Positions 12,426-26,874 of a stretch of 64,000 bases of DNA are shown here, in pieces. The stretch is from the human T2T-CHM13v2.0 reference genome, Homo sapiens: NCBI RefSeq assembly GCF_009914755.1, contig NC_060934.1. One strand, written 5' to 3'. A program made the position numbers and the translations under genes. The number at the start of each line of letters is the position of its first letter. Within the stretch, counting starts at the first letter, position 1. The notes beneath the pieces are model-generated. The model searched no databases. It saw nothing but the letters and a program-made list of their open reading frames with translations, and was not told the DNA's origin.

Positions 12426-15362
12426 AGATTGACACAGAACAGGCTCTCAGAGGAAGTCCGGTGCAGTTAAAATTAATTTTCTCTGCCACAAGTATCAATG
12501 TGATTTCAAACAAGTTAAGTGACCAAACTCTCAGCCAAGTTTCATTTTCTGTAAAAAGGGAAGTTGAACAGTATCACAATTGATGACTTTTATAGCTTTT
12601 TTTGTTTTTTACCCTGTATGATTTTATTTAGTTTGACTGGATTGAAAGCTTCTTATGAGGAAGTCATGCTATACAAGACTTCCCACTTTATCTTGCAAGC
12701 AAGTTGTTAAGGGCTTAATAAGTACTTCTTTTCTCAAAATCAGGAGGATGACGATTATGGAAAGTACGTTGGAATTTGGATAATCTTTACTTACACAGTG
12801 ATGAAATTGCGTGGTTGATATGGTAGCATAAGAAAATTAACTAGACCCCACCTCAGTGCTATTCTCTTTACCATCCTATCAACCATTATTGGATAAATAC
12901 ATATTATACTTTCTAATACACACGCATATTTGCATACTGAAAATCCATATGCATACAAACAAGAACAAAAATATATTAAAAGCATATAAAATTCAATCTG
13001 TTTTTGGAAGATATCTGTAGTTAAAAGGACAATATCAATAGGAACATTTATTTTTCTGATGATGGTGCCTTAGTATTCTTCTCAATGTCAGAATCAACTT
13101 CCAAATGAGTACCACAAATACGGCTTGAGTTAGAACATACGACTCAAAAGTTTCACTTAATGTAGAGAGTATAGTTTATTAGTCACTGAAGTCATGTCGA
13201 ATGTATAAGCATGAATAAGTGAAATCAACATATCCCTTGTACAATTAGAGAGAAGTTGTCCCCTTTGCATAAGTAACTTTTGACTATGGTATATGGATTG
13301 ACAAGGAGAAGGTAGTTGGCATTTTTTTCCTTTAGTCCCCTTAGCCAAGAATTTTGGTGCAGAGCAAATAGCGTACAACCGTGTGTGACAGCCCCAACCA
13401 AGACTAAAGAGTAGGCTGTTACTTTGTACCCAATATCAAGAGGTTTTATAAAAAATAATTTCAAAGGTGAATAGAGTAGGAACAAATGGGTATCCATCTG
13501 TGACTTCAATTGATAGTGACCAACTTATATGACACATAGATGGCATGGCAGAAGTTAATTTGGTCTTGTCAATTAATTTCCTAAAGGAAGCCAAAGTCAA
13601 GCAGGGCTAGGATATAAATCATTTGTTATCATTTGAAAAGAATTGTGGACAATTAGAAAAGGTAATCCTGTTAGAGATGATCTTATGCATTTTTGTTACG
13701 TAAAAGATGGAAATTGAATCTAAATTTGTTTAAAGAATTTCCTAAGATCAGTGATGCCATAAAGATCATACAAATGATTGACTCAAGTCTCAGTATATTG
13801 TAGAGAATGGATGGAAGATATAAACTATAGGCACATAAGTATGTTTATTTAGCATCTCAAATTATTCCATTTTGTGGCAGTAGCAGTAATTTTGTTTGTG
13901 TTTTGGTTTTGTTTTTGCAAGTATGAGATAATACAAATGTGGCTGATAGTTTATTGATTTATTCATTCAGTAAATTTTTAGTAAGTCTTTTGCCAGTCCA
14001 TTCACCTTGCTTTTAATTGTATAGAAGACATCTCTTTAGAATACAGGCAACACCACCTATAAACTGGTCATGCTGATTATACAATATAAATCTTATGCAA
14101 AACAATCAATTGTAGCAATGGAGCACAGCGCCATGGGTTAGTATACAGTCTTATTTGTCCTATGCTCACAACCTTATTTCTCTTTCCCCCAAGATGTAGC
14201 CACCTAGTATACCTTGTTTCTCATTTATCTCATATATCACACTCATAATTTTCTTTCTCACTCAGAATCACAATTGACCACAGTTTTTGTCTGCCTAGAC
14301 CCTGGTAAATCTATTACTCCTCCTTCAGCAATGTATGCCATCTCTTAAGGGTAGGCTCAGTGCTACTACAACAATTACATCTTTCTAGTAGCCGTGATCA
14401 TCTAAAGCATACTTAGAGAAAGACTATAAATGGAAAAAGGTACTCTATTCAAGAGGTTCACTTTCATTCAAACTTGGTCAGGAGACCTCTTTTCTTGAGA
14501 TATTTTTAGTTTCCTTTCTACTTTTCATTTCATAAAAATAAGATAATCATTTTTGAGCTATGGGTAGAAAAACTAATCTTCAACCTATGGTCTCATGACA
14601 GAATGTGAGACTGTTATTTTCCAGAGTGACTCAAGGTTTGTAATTATCCTTTCCATGAGTTTGATTATTTCTATGGAACTAGAATGACAAAAAATTAGGA
14701 ATTTGGGCTGATAGTAAGCAATGGTGCCAGAGTGGCCAGAAGCCTTAGCTTTCTCATTCTCTAATTCTTAGTCCAATGTTAATCTCCGGCAGAGTTGCAT
14801 GTGGCCCTTAACAGAGTGAGGAATCTTTGCTGGTTAAGTGCTAGACTAGCACTCTTACAAACAGAAAGACTTCCTGGTCCTTTTGCTTCTAGCATCTTCA
14901 AATGCTTATCTGTACTGCCTAAGGATTTCTAGCCATTAATTGTCACAGAATTACTTACAAGGGCATAGGATCCCACTTTTAGAGCACGTGGCATTTCAAA
15001 TTTTCTTTATAAAACAGATCCATTGATCAATCATGGTATTAACAAAAATTAATGGAAATTATTAATTTATGGAAGAAGACTGGACATATATTTCCTTGAT
15101 AAATTAATTTTTTTTTCTAAAATACATAGAAATAAGTCAATTAAGAAGATTTACAGCCAGAGGAAACAACAACATTGCTCAAGAAATTTAAATCATCCTG
15201 AGTCTTAACAGACACTACAGAAGTGGATAGTAGAGTGAGGAACATGTATAAACATATGCAATCATAAGACTTTCTGTCAAGTTTCAGACTTAAGTTACCC
15301 TAAAAGTAGCCAGAGGTTCCTTCATCTTGTCCTGATACAGCTTATCAGTCTTGGAGAAATTT

Positions 15363-15393
15363 ACACACACACACACACACACACACAGACACA
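15363..15393. repeat. (CA)n microsatellite
   Basis: Directly visible. Confidence 0.95.
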
Positions 15394-16531
15394 TATACAT
15401 ACAAACATATATATAATTATAATGTAGGTAATATACCTTTATTCATTTATTTATATTAATATATGTCTTTATATATTGTATATATGTAATTAGAAGGTAA
15501 TTATACCTTCCAATCCCATACCTACACAAATATCTTCTAATTCTATACTTACACAAATATAAAAAAAATTCTCATTTATCAACTTCAGGATTTCCAGCTG
15601 ATATAGTCTGAGGAATTCCTGAACATAATGCTGCAAACCACATTCAGATGAGTTTCCAGATGTAGCTCTTCAACTCGTCAAAAAATAATTTCTTCTATAT
15701 TTCCTGATATTTTGGTAGAAAATCCTGACTCTACTTTAGATAGATAATGTGGTACGCGTCATAAGATGACTCTGCTGTTGTTAGCAACAAACTAAACATT
15801 TACTTACTTCTAGGGAATTGGTGGCTGTGTCCATTGTCTGACATTATATTTATCTTATGCTCCAATCAGATTTTTCACCCTTCACCCCTTGTGCTCATTT
15901 ATTTTCTCATCCACACCCACACCTTACTTATTTTCTAGTTTTGTTGGGAAATATGTAAGGTGTGGCTGCAGATGTGCAAATCAGTCTTCATCTACATTGA
16001 AACAAATTGCTTGTCATCTTCATGAATAAGCCCCGCATTTATTTTCTTAGGATGTAGCCTTCTCCAATTCTCACCAAGTACATATGATTTTTCTTGTCCT
16101 TTGAGATGTTAGAGAACTTTCTGCATCTCATTTGACCTCTGTTACTCTCTATCTTAGAGTATAATACATGTTTATCTCCTTTATGACATTATGTCCATCA
16201 TTGTATCCTACCACATTATGTCCACTGTGCTTTATATGTCCTAAATATATATGTGAAATATAACACATACATTTGTATTTATTGTTTTGCTCATTCATGA
16301 GTGAATACAATGTCTGCGTGTTGGAGTGTTTGACAAACCTGGAGCTGACTCTCACATAATTTTCTTATTTTAATATTTAAGTTTCTTATTTTATTTAGAA
16401 TGTGATTGAACTGTATAAACACAAAGAGCAAAAGCCAGAGGATTTTCATGTTTATTTCTCATCAAATATAATTCCCAAACAATACACCTATCTTACTTTT
16501 ACCATACTCATTCTTAAAATAATCAAGATGA

Positions 16532-16892
16532 TGCCTTAGTTCAGGTTGCTGTATCAAATATACCATCTATATGGTAGCTTAAAAAAACAGACATTTATTT
16601 CTTAGAATTCTGGAGGCTGGGAAGTCCAAGAACAAGATATCTGTATGTTTGGTATCTGGTGAAGTCATTCTTCCTGGTTCGGAGAGATGGCCTTCACCTT
16701 GTATCCTTACAGGCAGACAAAGCAAGAGAGAGGAAGCCAGCTCTTGAGTCTCTTCTTATAATGGCTCTGCCTTTATTACCTAAATGCCTAAATGCCCTAT
16801 TTCCAAAAAGGCCCTATTATTAATACCATCACACTGCGTATAAGGATTTCAAAATATAAGTTTAGGGAGAAACAAACATTCAGTCCATAGCA
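16532..16892 (-). mobile_element. MaLR solo LTR (MLT1A0-like)
   Basis: TGCCTTAGTTCAGGTTGCTG...GGAGGCTGGGAAGTCCAAGA...ACAAACATTCAGTCCATAGCA. Confidence 0.85.
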
Positions 16893-17100
16893 GGTTATAG
16901 TCATCAATAGTCTGATGAAGAGTCTTGGTCTACCAAACTGGCTTTGTTTCCTTAGGAAATAGGTGTAGATTATGGAAGAGAATCTAACTGTGTTTTTTAT
17001 CTCTCTGCAGTCTCTACCAGGAATCACTTCCATCCATGAAAGATGATGGCACCCTTCCCTCCTTTTATTTTTCTTCTTAGAATTAAAAAATATGAATGTA

Positions 17101-17518
<418 letters not shown>

Positions 17519-17774
17519 TTAATCAAAGGAATTAGTGGTGTAATTCACTTTCCTCATGAAAAAGAACAGAATGAACTTGGTTAAATTCAACAATCTTTTA
17601 TTATTCATATCTCAGCTTATGATGAGCTGTAGTTAAATGACATTGCTAGGACTTCTCAGAATCCTTTTGTGGATTTTTTGAGTGATCCCTACCAATCTCT
17701 TTTATTCTATACTTCTCTAATACTCACCTGTTCTAATGAGATTTTAATGGTTCTAAATCAATTTATCTAACAAA

Positions 17775-17960
17775 TAGGTGTTTCACAGAGCATTATAGGG
17801 TCTATTTAACCCATTATCACCTGAGATATCTATTTAAAATGCAACTTTCTAGACCCTATGGCAGCTAGTGATTCAGCATCCCTAGAGTCAAAGTCTATAA
17901 TTCTATCTTTTTAATAGACTACCATTAGATAGTTTAGCAGCTAAATTTGAGGACCACTAT
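17775..17960. mobile_element. MER5-like hAT-Charlie remnant
   Basis: ATCACCTGAG..TTTAAAATGCA..GATTCAGCATCCCTAG..AAATTTGAGGACCACT. Confidence 0.5.
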
Positions 17961-19109
17961 CCTGATGGGAATATAATTAAAACCTACATTTTAATGCTCA
18001 ATTTAATGGTCACTTTATCTGAAATTTAATCGCTCTTTAGAATTATTTTCTACATTTGAATTTTCAAATATTTATATAACTATTTTGGTATTATAAGAAT
18101 TTTATTTCTAAGTGCATTTCTTTAAAAAAGTAGTAATGCATCTTTCAAAGTATTTCTATCAAATGATGTGTTATAAGTAATAAAATTTAATCACATTTTA
18201 AAAATTCCTGATAGATTTAACCAACTTCCTACTTCATCATTGTTACCTTTTTTCTTTGTAGTAAGAATCCCTTTATCTGGCCATTAATCAAATTAGTAGA
18301 TGCCATAGCTTTTTTCTCCTCAGTGAAAGATTGGTATTTTGACAGTCAGAATAAAAGTGGAATTAACTGATCAGAATTTTACCTAAACCTACTGCATGTA
18401 GCTTTTTAAACCCTGTATGGATGAGGCACTATTGGATTTGAAATTATAAGATGATTCAAATCACACCATTATCAGCCGTTATAGGGAGAATATATAAGCA
18501 ATTGTAATCATTATCATTTAGTGTCCCACTCATAAATAATCTCCAGATTCTTCTCAGGATTTTGCTGTTTTTTTCCTGCAGCAGAGGATGCTAGTGCCCT
18601 CTCTGCTCCATTCACACCCTGTTTTGCCTTTTCCCTTGCTCACTGTGACTGTCACAGACTGCATCACAACTGTATGCAACTGACATTGTTAGGCCAAAGG
18701 CCGGGGCAACACTATGGCCTTCCTTATAAAACTGTCATTTCTATAATATGACAAGCTGGCTAAAAAGTTTGTGAGTGTTCAAAGTAGATTAAGAAAAGAA
18801 AAAGACAACCACAACAATGCAAGCCAATTCTGTGAATGTAGAAATAATTATTAAAATCATCATCATCATGATAAAAATATTAATAATGAGAAGGAGTAGG
18901 AAGCTTGGCTCCTCAATAAAATGGCTACAAAATGATAAAAAGAAACAATATCAATACAATAATGATTAAATTATAACGGAATCAGTGAAGAGGTAAAATG
19001 ATCCTCCAAAAAATTATGTGAAAGCCTAGATGGTATAGACAGAGCAAGCCGTTAAACCAGACAGTAATATCAGCTTTGAACTCTTAATCTTGTTCACAAT
19101 TTTGTAATG

Positions 19110-19285
19110 ATTGAATGCCTTTCATTTATATAGTACATTACAGTTTTGCAAAGCATTTTAATTTTTTCTTTTATGTCACATTCTCATTTTACAAACTAAA
19201 AGAAATATCTCTAGAGATTATGTTTTTGGCTTAGGTTTGCACAGCTAGTGACAGGGCTGGGCCCAGATCTCAGGATTTCTCTTAG
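19110..19285 (-). mobile_element. MIR remnant
   Basis: CATTTATATAGTACATTACAGTTTTGCAAAGCATTTT...CTCATTTTACAAA...GCACAGCTAGTGACAGGGCTGGG. Confidence 0.6.
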
Positions 19286-22206
19286 AACAATATCTGCTAC
19301 AGTACACTTCATAATCATATGGCTAATTCTTTGCATTTGTCCCCAATCATGATGGCTAATCCTTCACTAGATTCATACCGTATAAAGGCAGCTGCTTTCA
19401 CTATATTCATACCGTATAAAGGAATCTGCATACTTGTAAAGCTATCTGGATCCACTCCCTCTCCCTTATCCAGGCATATAGTCATCTGTCTAGGAATTCT
19501 GATAATGAGCCATCAATGCTTGCTGTTCAGAATTTTGATAGAGTTTTTTATTCTGAGTGGAAAAATCTATGCGAAATTAAGTATCTCAAATAATTTTTAG
19601 ACTATTCATTTTTTTGCATCCAGTAGCTACAAATGTGAAAATTTTTCACATTTGTATTTTTCTATTTTTAACAGACTTTAGGTAAATATAAATTTGTATT
19701 GGAGTTCAGAGACAAACATATATTTATATATGTTAATTGTTTATCTATCATAAAGTGTGCAGATAAATTCAGCTAAACACAAAGCAAAATATTAAATCAC
19801 CAGACTCTATAAAGAGCTCCTTATGTATTCCTCACACATCTCTGTTTAATGAGTTAATAAAATTGTAAATGTCATTATAGCAATTTCATATTCATCAAGG
19901 ACAAAAATGAGCAGAACAATTTGTATACACCTGTCCCTGATTTTTATACTAAACTCACAAAACTATTTGGAAGTTAGCAAAACTCTTCCATTAATTATTT
20001 TTTATGGAATACTTATTTTTATATTAAAAATACTCATTTTTTCCTTAAAATATTTTAAACTAACTGTAGTTTTCAATAAACCACATTTTTTCATGGAATT
20101 CTGAATCTTATGCATCACCCAGGACCACCAAACTATAATTTACCGACAGATGAATTCTGAAGACAAAAAAGGGATTCAAATTAAGCATAGTATTGAGAGG
20201 GCTCTATAATTAGAGAAGGCAGAATACACTGACGGCAGGCACCAAAGCTTTGTCCATAAGTATTGTAATGAAAGCAGAGATAAAGTATAGGGACAAAAAG
20301 CTTATTTTGGAAAAGATTATTGACACTTTATGAGTTTTAATAGATATATGCATGTCTTATAAATAAAAATCATTTTATGAAAGAAACACCTTTAAAATTG
20401 ACATTTTGTGTGTGGTATTTTTCAACTATTTAATGTGTATTGCATTAAGAGAATCAAGAAAGACACAGTCATATGTAATTTATCATTATAGAAAAGATGA
20501 ATCAAAGTGGTTTTGTCTGGTAGCTTTATTACCTTTACAATCTCATATAAAGTGTTTACTAATGTCACAGGATTGAAGGCTGCCAGTATGGAAGATAAAA
20601 TATCATTATTAGACTTTAGAAGGAGTAACCTAATAGCATATTAAAATGCTAATTTTTCAGAGTCTTAAAAAGATCTCTTAACTTTCAAAAGACATTTAAA
20701 AAATCATACCGTAACTCATCCTTTGTATTTAAAAGACTAACTTTAAATAATATCTGTTATGACAGTAACTCTGAGATCTAGGTACATGAGGTACGAGAAG
20801 GCAAGCTCATCATGACATCTAAGATCTAATCCCATGAAATGTGTGTGAATATGTTTTTAATGTCTTTATCAGCTGTCTATTTTGCCTTCCACTTTTGAAA
20901 GACCCACTTCTCAGCAAAATACATCTCTAGTCATTCAATTGCTTATGGTTATATAAAAGTTTTTGCTTTAAGAAAGCTTTTTGACAGTAAATGAATATCT
21001 AGACATTTATGGATATGATCATTGTTTATGTATTCTGAATGTCCAAGATAAATAACTAAAATGTTTAGATAAAAAATAAAGTTTAGTAAAGGTAAATGTG
21101 CAAAGTAATTATATGAAAAAAGAATAATCTTATATTACAAGGTACCAGATAGAAAATGTAATGAAAAAATTATACTAACAATGACTTAAGAAACAGCATA
21201 CCTAAAGACAAACATTAAAAAAATGTAAAATTCTTCCATGAGAAATTACAAAACTTAACAGAAGACATATGAGAAAACTACATGAAATGTAAGTGTGTAG
21301 AAATATATTTCTGGACGAAAAAAACCCCGACTGTTTAGATGTCAATTTGTAAGTATGTGAAGAACACTTTGAGGATGACAAGAAATTTCTTCCATTCAAA
21401 TTGACGTGTTTATGTTCAACTATGTATTTATTTACTTGCCAAGGTCACTGGGATATGTTTGTGGATATAGAATATCTGGCTTTGAAGGGTTTCAGAAAAG
21501 GGTTCTCCCCATTAGAGATTAATGTCTTTGGGGGCTCATTTAAGGGGAAGGAGAACAAATTCCCCAGCCCGAACACCAGGACTCACTGTTACATGACAGT
21601 CTAGCTATGGGTTAAATCACATCCGTTCAAAGTTTTTTTGAGCACTCACAATTTCTTGTCATATAAATCTTGTCACTAGGAATAAAATGGATAAATTTGC
21701 ATGTGATGACAATAAGCTCCAAAGGAGAAAATAGTTAAAGCCCTGGTACCTTCCCATTGGTGGTGCAATATAAATGAAACTCATCATGTTTACTAGGATA
21801 GTTCTAATTGAGGTCTATTGACAAAAAAAAAAAGGCACTAAAGCCCTCTTATTATGAGATAATAGACTCTGATCTAGTGATCTAGACACAAGAACAAGGT
21901 TTTGGGAATTTGTGGGAGGATGGGTTACCTCCAGTAATGTATCATGTTGAAGGTGAAAGTTGCCATGGGCTAAGCCACCTGACATGGTATTGTGCTCTTG
22001 GGAAAATGTATGGGCATTTATCTGTAAAGTAAAAGATTTAAAACTTTGGAAAATTGCTCAGAAGTTTATTACACTTTAAAGTCAATTTGGCACCAAATAC
22101 TCTATCTTATTGGCATCTTCAGAACTACCTCTAATGAACTCTAACATGCCATCAATTCTATATTGAAATTTCTTTCTGTGAATTAAATTAGTTGATATAT
22201 TTATTT

Positions 22207-22522
22207 ATTTTTATTTTTAATTTTTTATTTTTGAGACGGAGTCTCACTGTGCCGCCCAGGCTGGAGTGCAGTGGCGTGATCTCGCCTCACTGCAAGCTCT
22301 GCCTCCCGGGTTCACCCCCCATTCTCCTGCCTCAGCCTCCCCAGTAGCTGGGACTACAGGTCCCATGACTACAGGAGTAGCCATGCCCCGCTAATTTTTG
22401 TATTTTTAGTAGAGACAGGGTTTCACCGTGTTAGCCAGGATGGTCTGTCTCCTGACCTCGTGATCCGCCCGCCTCGGCCTCCCAAAGTGCTGGGATTACG
22501 GGAGTGAGACAACCCACCCGGC
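22207..22522 (-). mobile_element. AluY
   Basis: CTGCAAGCTCTGCCTCCCGGGTTCA and CCGTGTTAGCCAGGATGG; TSD TGATATATTTATTT (22193-22206 / 22523-22536). Confidence 0.95.
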
Positions 22523-23633
22523 TGATATATTTATTTTAATAATATTTCCAGGCTATTATTTATGTAACTCAATAACTTTTCATCATTTCCATGGGAGGAA
22601 TTCTATCCCAAAATTGGTACCGATGATACCAATAATAGCTGTACTTTTCCTAGACAATTAGTTAACTTTATCTTGTGGGGCCTTGCAGATTTCTTGAATG
22701 ACCAATCCTTCCTTCCACTTTGGCCCTTGGAAAACTTATTGCCAACTTTGGAGGCATCAAATCAAGTGTTTAGAAAATTGTGATAGATATTCATACTTAT
22801 CATTTTTCCTTTTCTTATCTTTAACATATGCTATTTGATAAAGTTTGACATACCTTTTAAATTAGCTTTAAATCCCTTCTGTATTTCTAGTTAAATGTTA
22901 ACCAGAGTCTGAAACCAGACACTGTCCTTGATATTCACTCCCTCCTAATATTCCATGAAAATGATGATAAAAGAAAATAAATGACAACTTCACATCCTTG
23001 TAGGATTATTCTTTTCAACAGCTATCATTTTAATAGAATTTTAAAAGATAGAAAGATAAATGCATACACTCAGTTTGTCATGTTTATACAGAAATCAGCA
23101 CAAACTTTTAAAATAATAAGCTATAATTTATTGATTGAGCCCTAATTATGATAAAGAAATTATCAAGTAGAATTGGAACTAGCAACTAAGTGTAGTAATT
23201 TTAATAACTGTTTGAATGTTTCCTAGGTGCCAAGTATTCTGCTATGCATTTTAACATATATTGCATCCAATCCCCATAGCAGTGCTGTATAGTGATAGTA
23301 ATATTGTTTTACTTATTCATGTTTACTTATTACTAGATAAGTCATTTATGAAAGCATTGTTGATACGAAAGTTTACATTGACATAAATATATAAGGCAAT
23401 ACTCAAAGGTCACCCTTCACCTTCTCCAATTCTGCTCTTCTCCCTGGAAATGCTGTCACAGTACAGAGTCATATTAAATAAATGACCTGATATTAATTAC
23501 AATGGTCTAGATATATGTACTAAGAGTTTAGCTTGGTGCTGTCTTGATAATCTCTACTTAAGTGCCTTTCACTGCAAAGAGTATTCTTTTAAATTCAGAT
23601 TGGTCAGCTGAAACCAACATTCTCCTAGTACAC

Positions 23634-25220
23634 AGGAAGAATCAATATAATTTAAATGGCCATACTGCCCAAAGCAATTTATAGATTCAATGCTATTCCT
23701 ATCAAACTACTAATGACATTCTTCAACAGAACTAGAAAAAAATTATTTTAGAATTCATATGGAAACAAAAAAGTACCCAAATAGCCAAGGAAATTCTAAG
23801 CAAAAATAGAAAAGGTGGAGGCATCATGCTACTTAATTTCAAACTATACTATAGAGCTACAGTAACCAAAATAGCATGGCCCAGACACATAGACCAATGG
23901 AACAGAATAGACAGCCCAGAAATAAAGCCAAACACCTACAACCATCTGATCTTTGGCAAAGCCGACAAAGACAAGCAATGGAGAAAGGACTCCCTATTCA
24001 ATAACTGGTGCTAGAATAAATGGCTAGCTATACACAGAAGATTAAAACAGGAAGCCTTCCTTACACCATATATAAAAATTAACTCAAGATAGATTAAAGA
24101 CTTAAATGTAAAACTCAAAAATATGAAAACCATGGAATACAACCTAAGCAATACCATTCTGGACATAGGAATAGGCAAAGATTTCATGATGAAGACAGCA
24201 AAAATTAACAAATAAAATCTAATTAAAGAGCTTCTGCAGAGCAAAATAAACTGTTTACCAAGTAAACAGACCACCTACAGAATGGCAGAAAATATTCGCA
24301 AAATTTCCATCTGATAAAGTTCTAATATCCAGCATCTTCAAGGAACTTAAACAACTTTACAAGAAGAAAAACAAACAACTCTATTAAAAAGTGGGCAAAG
24401 GACATGAAGAGACACTTTTCAAAAGAAGACATACATGCAACCAACAAACATATAAAAGGAAGCTTAACATCACTGATAATTAGAGAAATGAAAATCAAAA
24501 CCGCAATGAGATACTATCTTAAACCAGTCAGGATGGTTATTACTAAAAGTCAAAAATTAACAGGTGCTGGTGAGGTTGCAGAGGAAAGGGAACATTGTTA
24601 GTGGGAGTGTAAATTAGTTCAACTATTGTGGAAAACAATATGGTGATGTCTCAAAGACCTAAAAACAGAACTACTGTTTGACCCACCAGTCACATTACTT
24701 GGTATATACGCAAAGGAACATAAATTGTTATATTATAAAAACTCATGCATGCATATCTTTATTGCAGCACTATTCACAATAGCAAAGACATGGAATCAGC
24801 CTAAATGTTCATCAGTGATAGACTGGATAAAGAAAATATGGTACATTTACACAATAAAATACTATGCAGTCATAACAAAGAACGAGATCATGTCCTTTGC
24901 AGGAACATGGATGGAGCTGGAAGGCCATTAACCATAGCAAACAAACACAGGAACAGAAAACCAAATACTGCAAGTTCTCACTTGCAGGTTGGAGCTAAAA
25001 CATGAGAACACATGAACACACAGAGGGGAACAACAGACACTGGGGCCTACTGCAGAGTGGAGGCTGGGAGGAGGGAGAGGACTGCAAAAATAACCAATAG
25101 TTACTAGGTGTAATACCTGGTGAAAAAATAATCTGTACAAAAATTCCTGTGACATGACTTTACCTATATAACACACCTGCACATGTACCCCTGAACTTAA
25201 AATAAAAGTTTAAAAAAAAA
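23634..25220 (+). mobile_element. 5'-truncated L1PA (older, ~L1PA13-16): ORF2 C-terminus plus 3' UTR
   Basis: ORFs 23826-24014, 24404-24601 and 24725-24931 are broken ORF2 C-terminal peptides; 3' UTR ends GTACCCCTGAACTTAAAATAAAAGTT-A(n). Confidence 0.9.
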
Positions 25221-26038
25221 TGGTCAAGTAGAATGCTTTAGCAAATTCTTCTTAGGTGAAATCTTTACTATTAACTGTAGTGCCTTTGTTAGTTTTCAGC
25301 TTAAAATTTGCTGTTGCTATCTTCCTTTTTAATTGTACAAAAAAACCCAGAAAATGCACGTAACATTTCCTATAAACTAGACAAAGGACCATATTGTGAA
25401 AGAGAGAGACATACAGAAATTACCCCTATCGAATGCTTACACATGATTAAGTATTATATATTCAGATAGATGATTGCACATGAAAGTTGGAGCTTGCCTG
25501 ACCTGGAGGCTATTTTGGAGCATAATTACCTATTTGGAACTCAGAGTCTTGTTTTTCACAACTCAGACAGTAAATGCATATTTTCCATCTCACAAACTTA
25601 TTTAAGGGTCATGTTTTAGCACTCGCATTTGAAATAATTTCTGCTGGTGTACACTTTCATTGGGGATGACTTTTGTTTAATATTTAAAATTGCAAGGAAT
25701 TATTTGAGTAATTTTCTTTTATAAATCTTTACTAAAAATACTAATAAACCTCATTATTTCTCCACAGTTATTGTGCCTTAAAATTTATAACTTGCATATT
25801 GGTAAATAAGAATGCACCTGACTCGTCTACACTCACTAAAAGCAGTATTTCAAAGAGGATGGAGCAGATTGCCCCACCTCCCTAATTTCATTCAGAATCT
25901 TTGCAGAAATTATATCCACTCTGTCAGTATGCTCGGGTGCTCAGGAAAGCTATATGGATAGCTTTGTTATGATCACCCCATTTGAAACTGCATAGAAAAT
26001 GTTCTACAGCAAGTTAGAAAATAAAAACGTATGTTAAG

Positions 26039-26421
26039 TGTTATGGGTTGAACTGTGTCCACCCCAAATTCCTATGTTGAAATCCTAGCCCCTACTAACT
26101 CAAAGTGTGATACTGGGAGTCAAGAGTCTTTAAAAAATAATTAAGAGAAAATAAAGTTATATGGATGTGCCCTAATACAACGTGACTGGTGTCTTTATAA
26201 GAAGAAGAGATTAATAGAAACAGAGGAAAACCACATGAAGACACAAGGTGAAGATGGCAATCTCAAATCCTAGGAGAGAAACCTGCAGAAGAAACCAACC
26301 CTGGTTATAGCGTGGTCTTGGATGGACTCTTAGCCTTCAGAACTATGAGAAAATCAATATTTGTTGTTTCACCCACCCAGTCTTTAGCAGCTTGCTGTGG
26401 CACCTGTAGCAAACTAATACA
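26039..26421 (+). mobile_element. MaLR solo LTR (MLT1B-like)
   Basis: TGTTATGGGTTGAACTGTGTCC...AGAAGAAACCAACCCTG...GCAAACTAATACA. Confidence 0.85.
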
Positions 26422-26789
26422 CTTAAAGAAAGGCCTTAAAGAAAGCATGAGTAATGTGTTTCCAGAGAGAAAGAAACTATACAAATAAGGCAAAGGATGT
26501 TGGCCAATAACTAGGTTTATGTTTATAAGTATATGAATTAATGTATAGGACATAAAATGGTGATGAATTTCAGATACAGACTATGAAGTTGGTGTGGATT
26601 TCTTCAATATATCTAAAATGTTAAGTTGACAGAGATTTCGAGGTTACTAATTTATGAATGCACTTGTTTTGTTGAATTACTTGTAAGATGCACAACATAA
26701 TCAGGGAGTTGTTGATAAGTAAATTATTTTGTATAATTATAGTGTTAGAAAACCTTGACTCAATTTGGAGCTTTTTCTTTTGATTGCAG

Positions 26790-26874
26790 CCAAGTGGAAT
26801 ATGCTTCCCCATCAATGCATATGAGAGTGGTTGTCTTTGTGACTAGTCATGAGCATGACTGGCTGCCTTCAATG
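26790..26874 (+). ncRNA. Candidate 85-nt spliced exon (unverified)
   Basis: CTTTTTCTTTTGATTGCAG| acceptor with a branch-like CTTGAC/CTCAAT upstream, and ATG|GTAAGC donor, in non-repeat sequence. Confidence 0.25.

Noticed and set aside
18582-18770. Plus-strand exon-like segment (TTTTCCTGCAG| ... |GTGAGT)
   Set aside because: Weak exonic side of the donor, and it appears to overlap a degenerate L2 3' end; insufficient support
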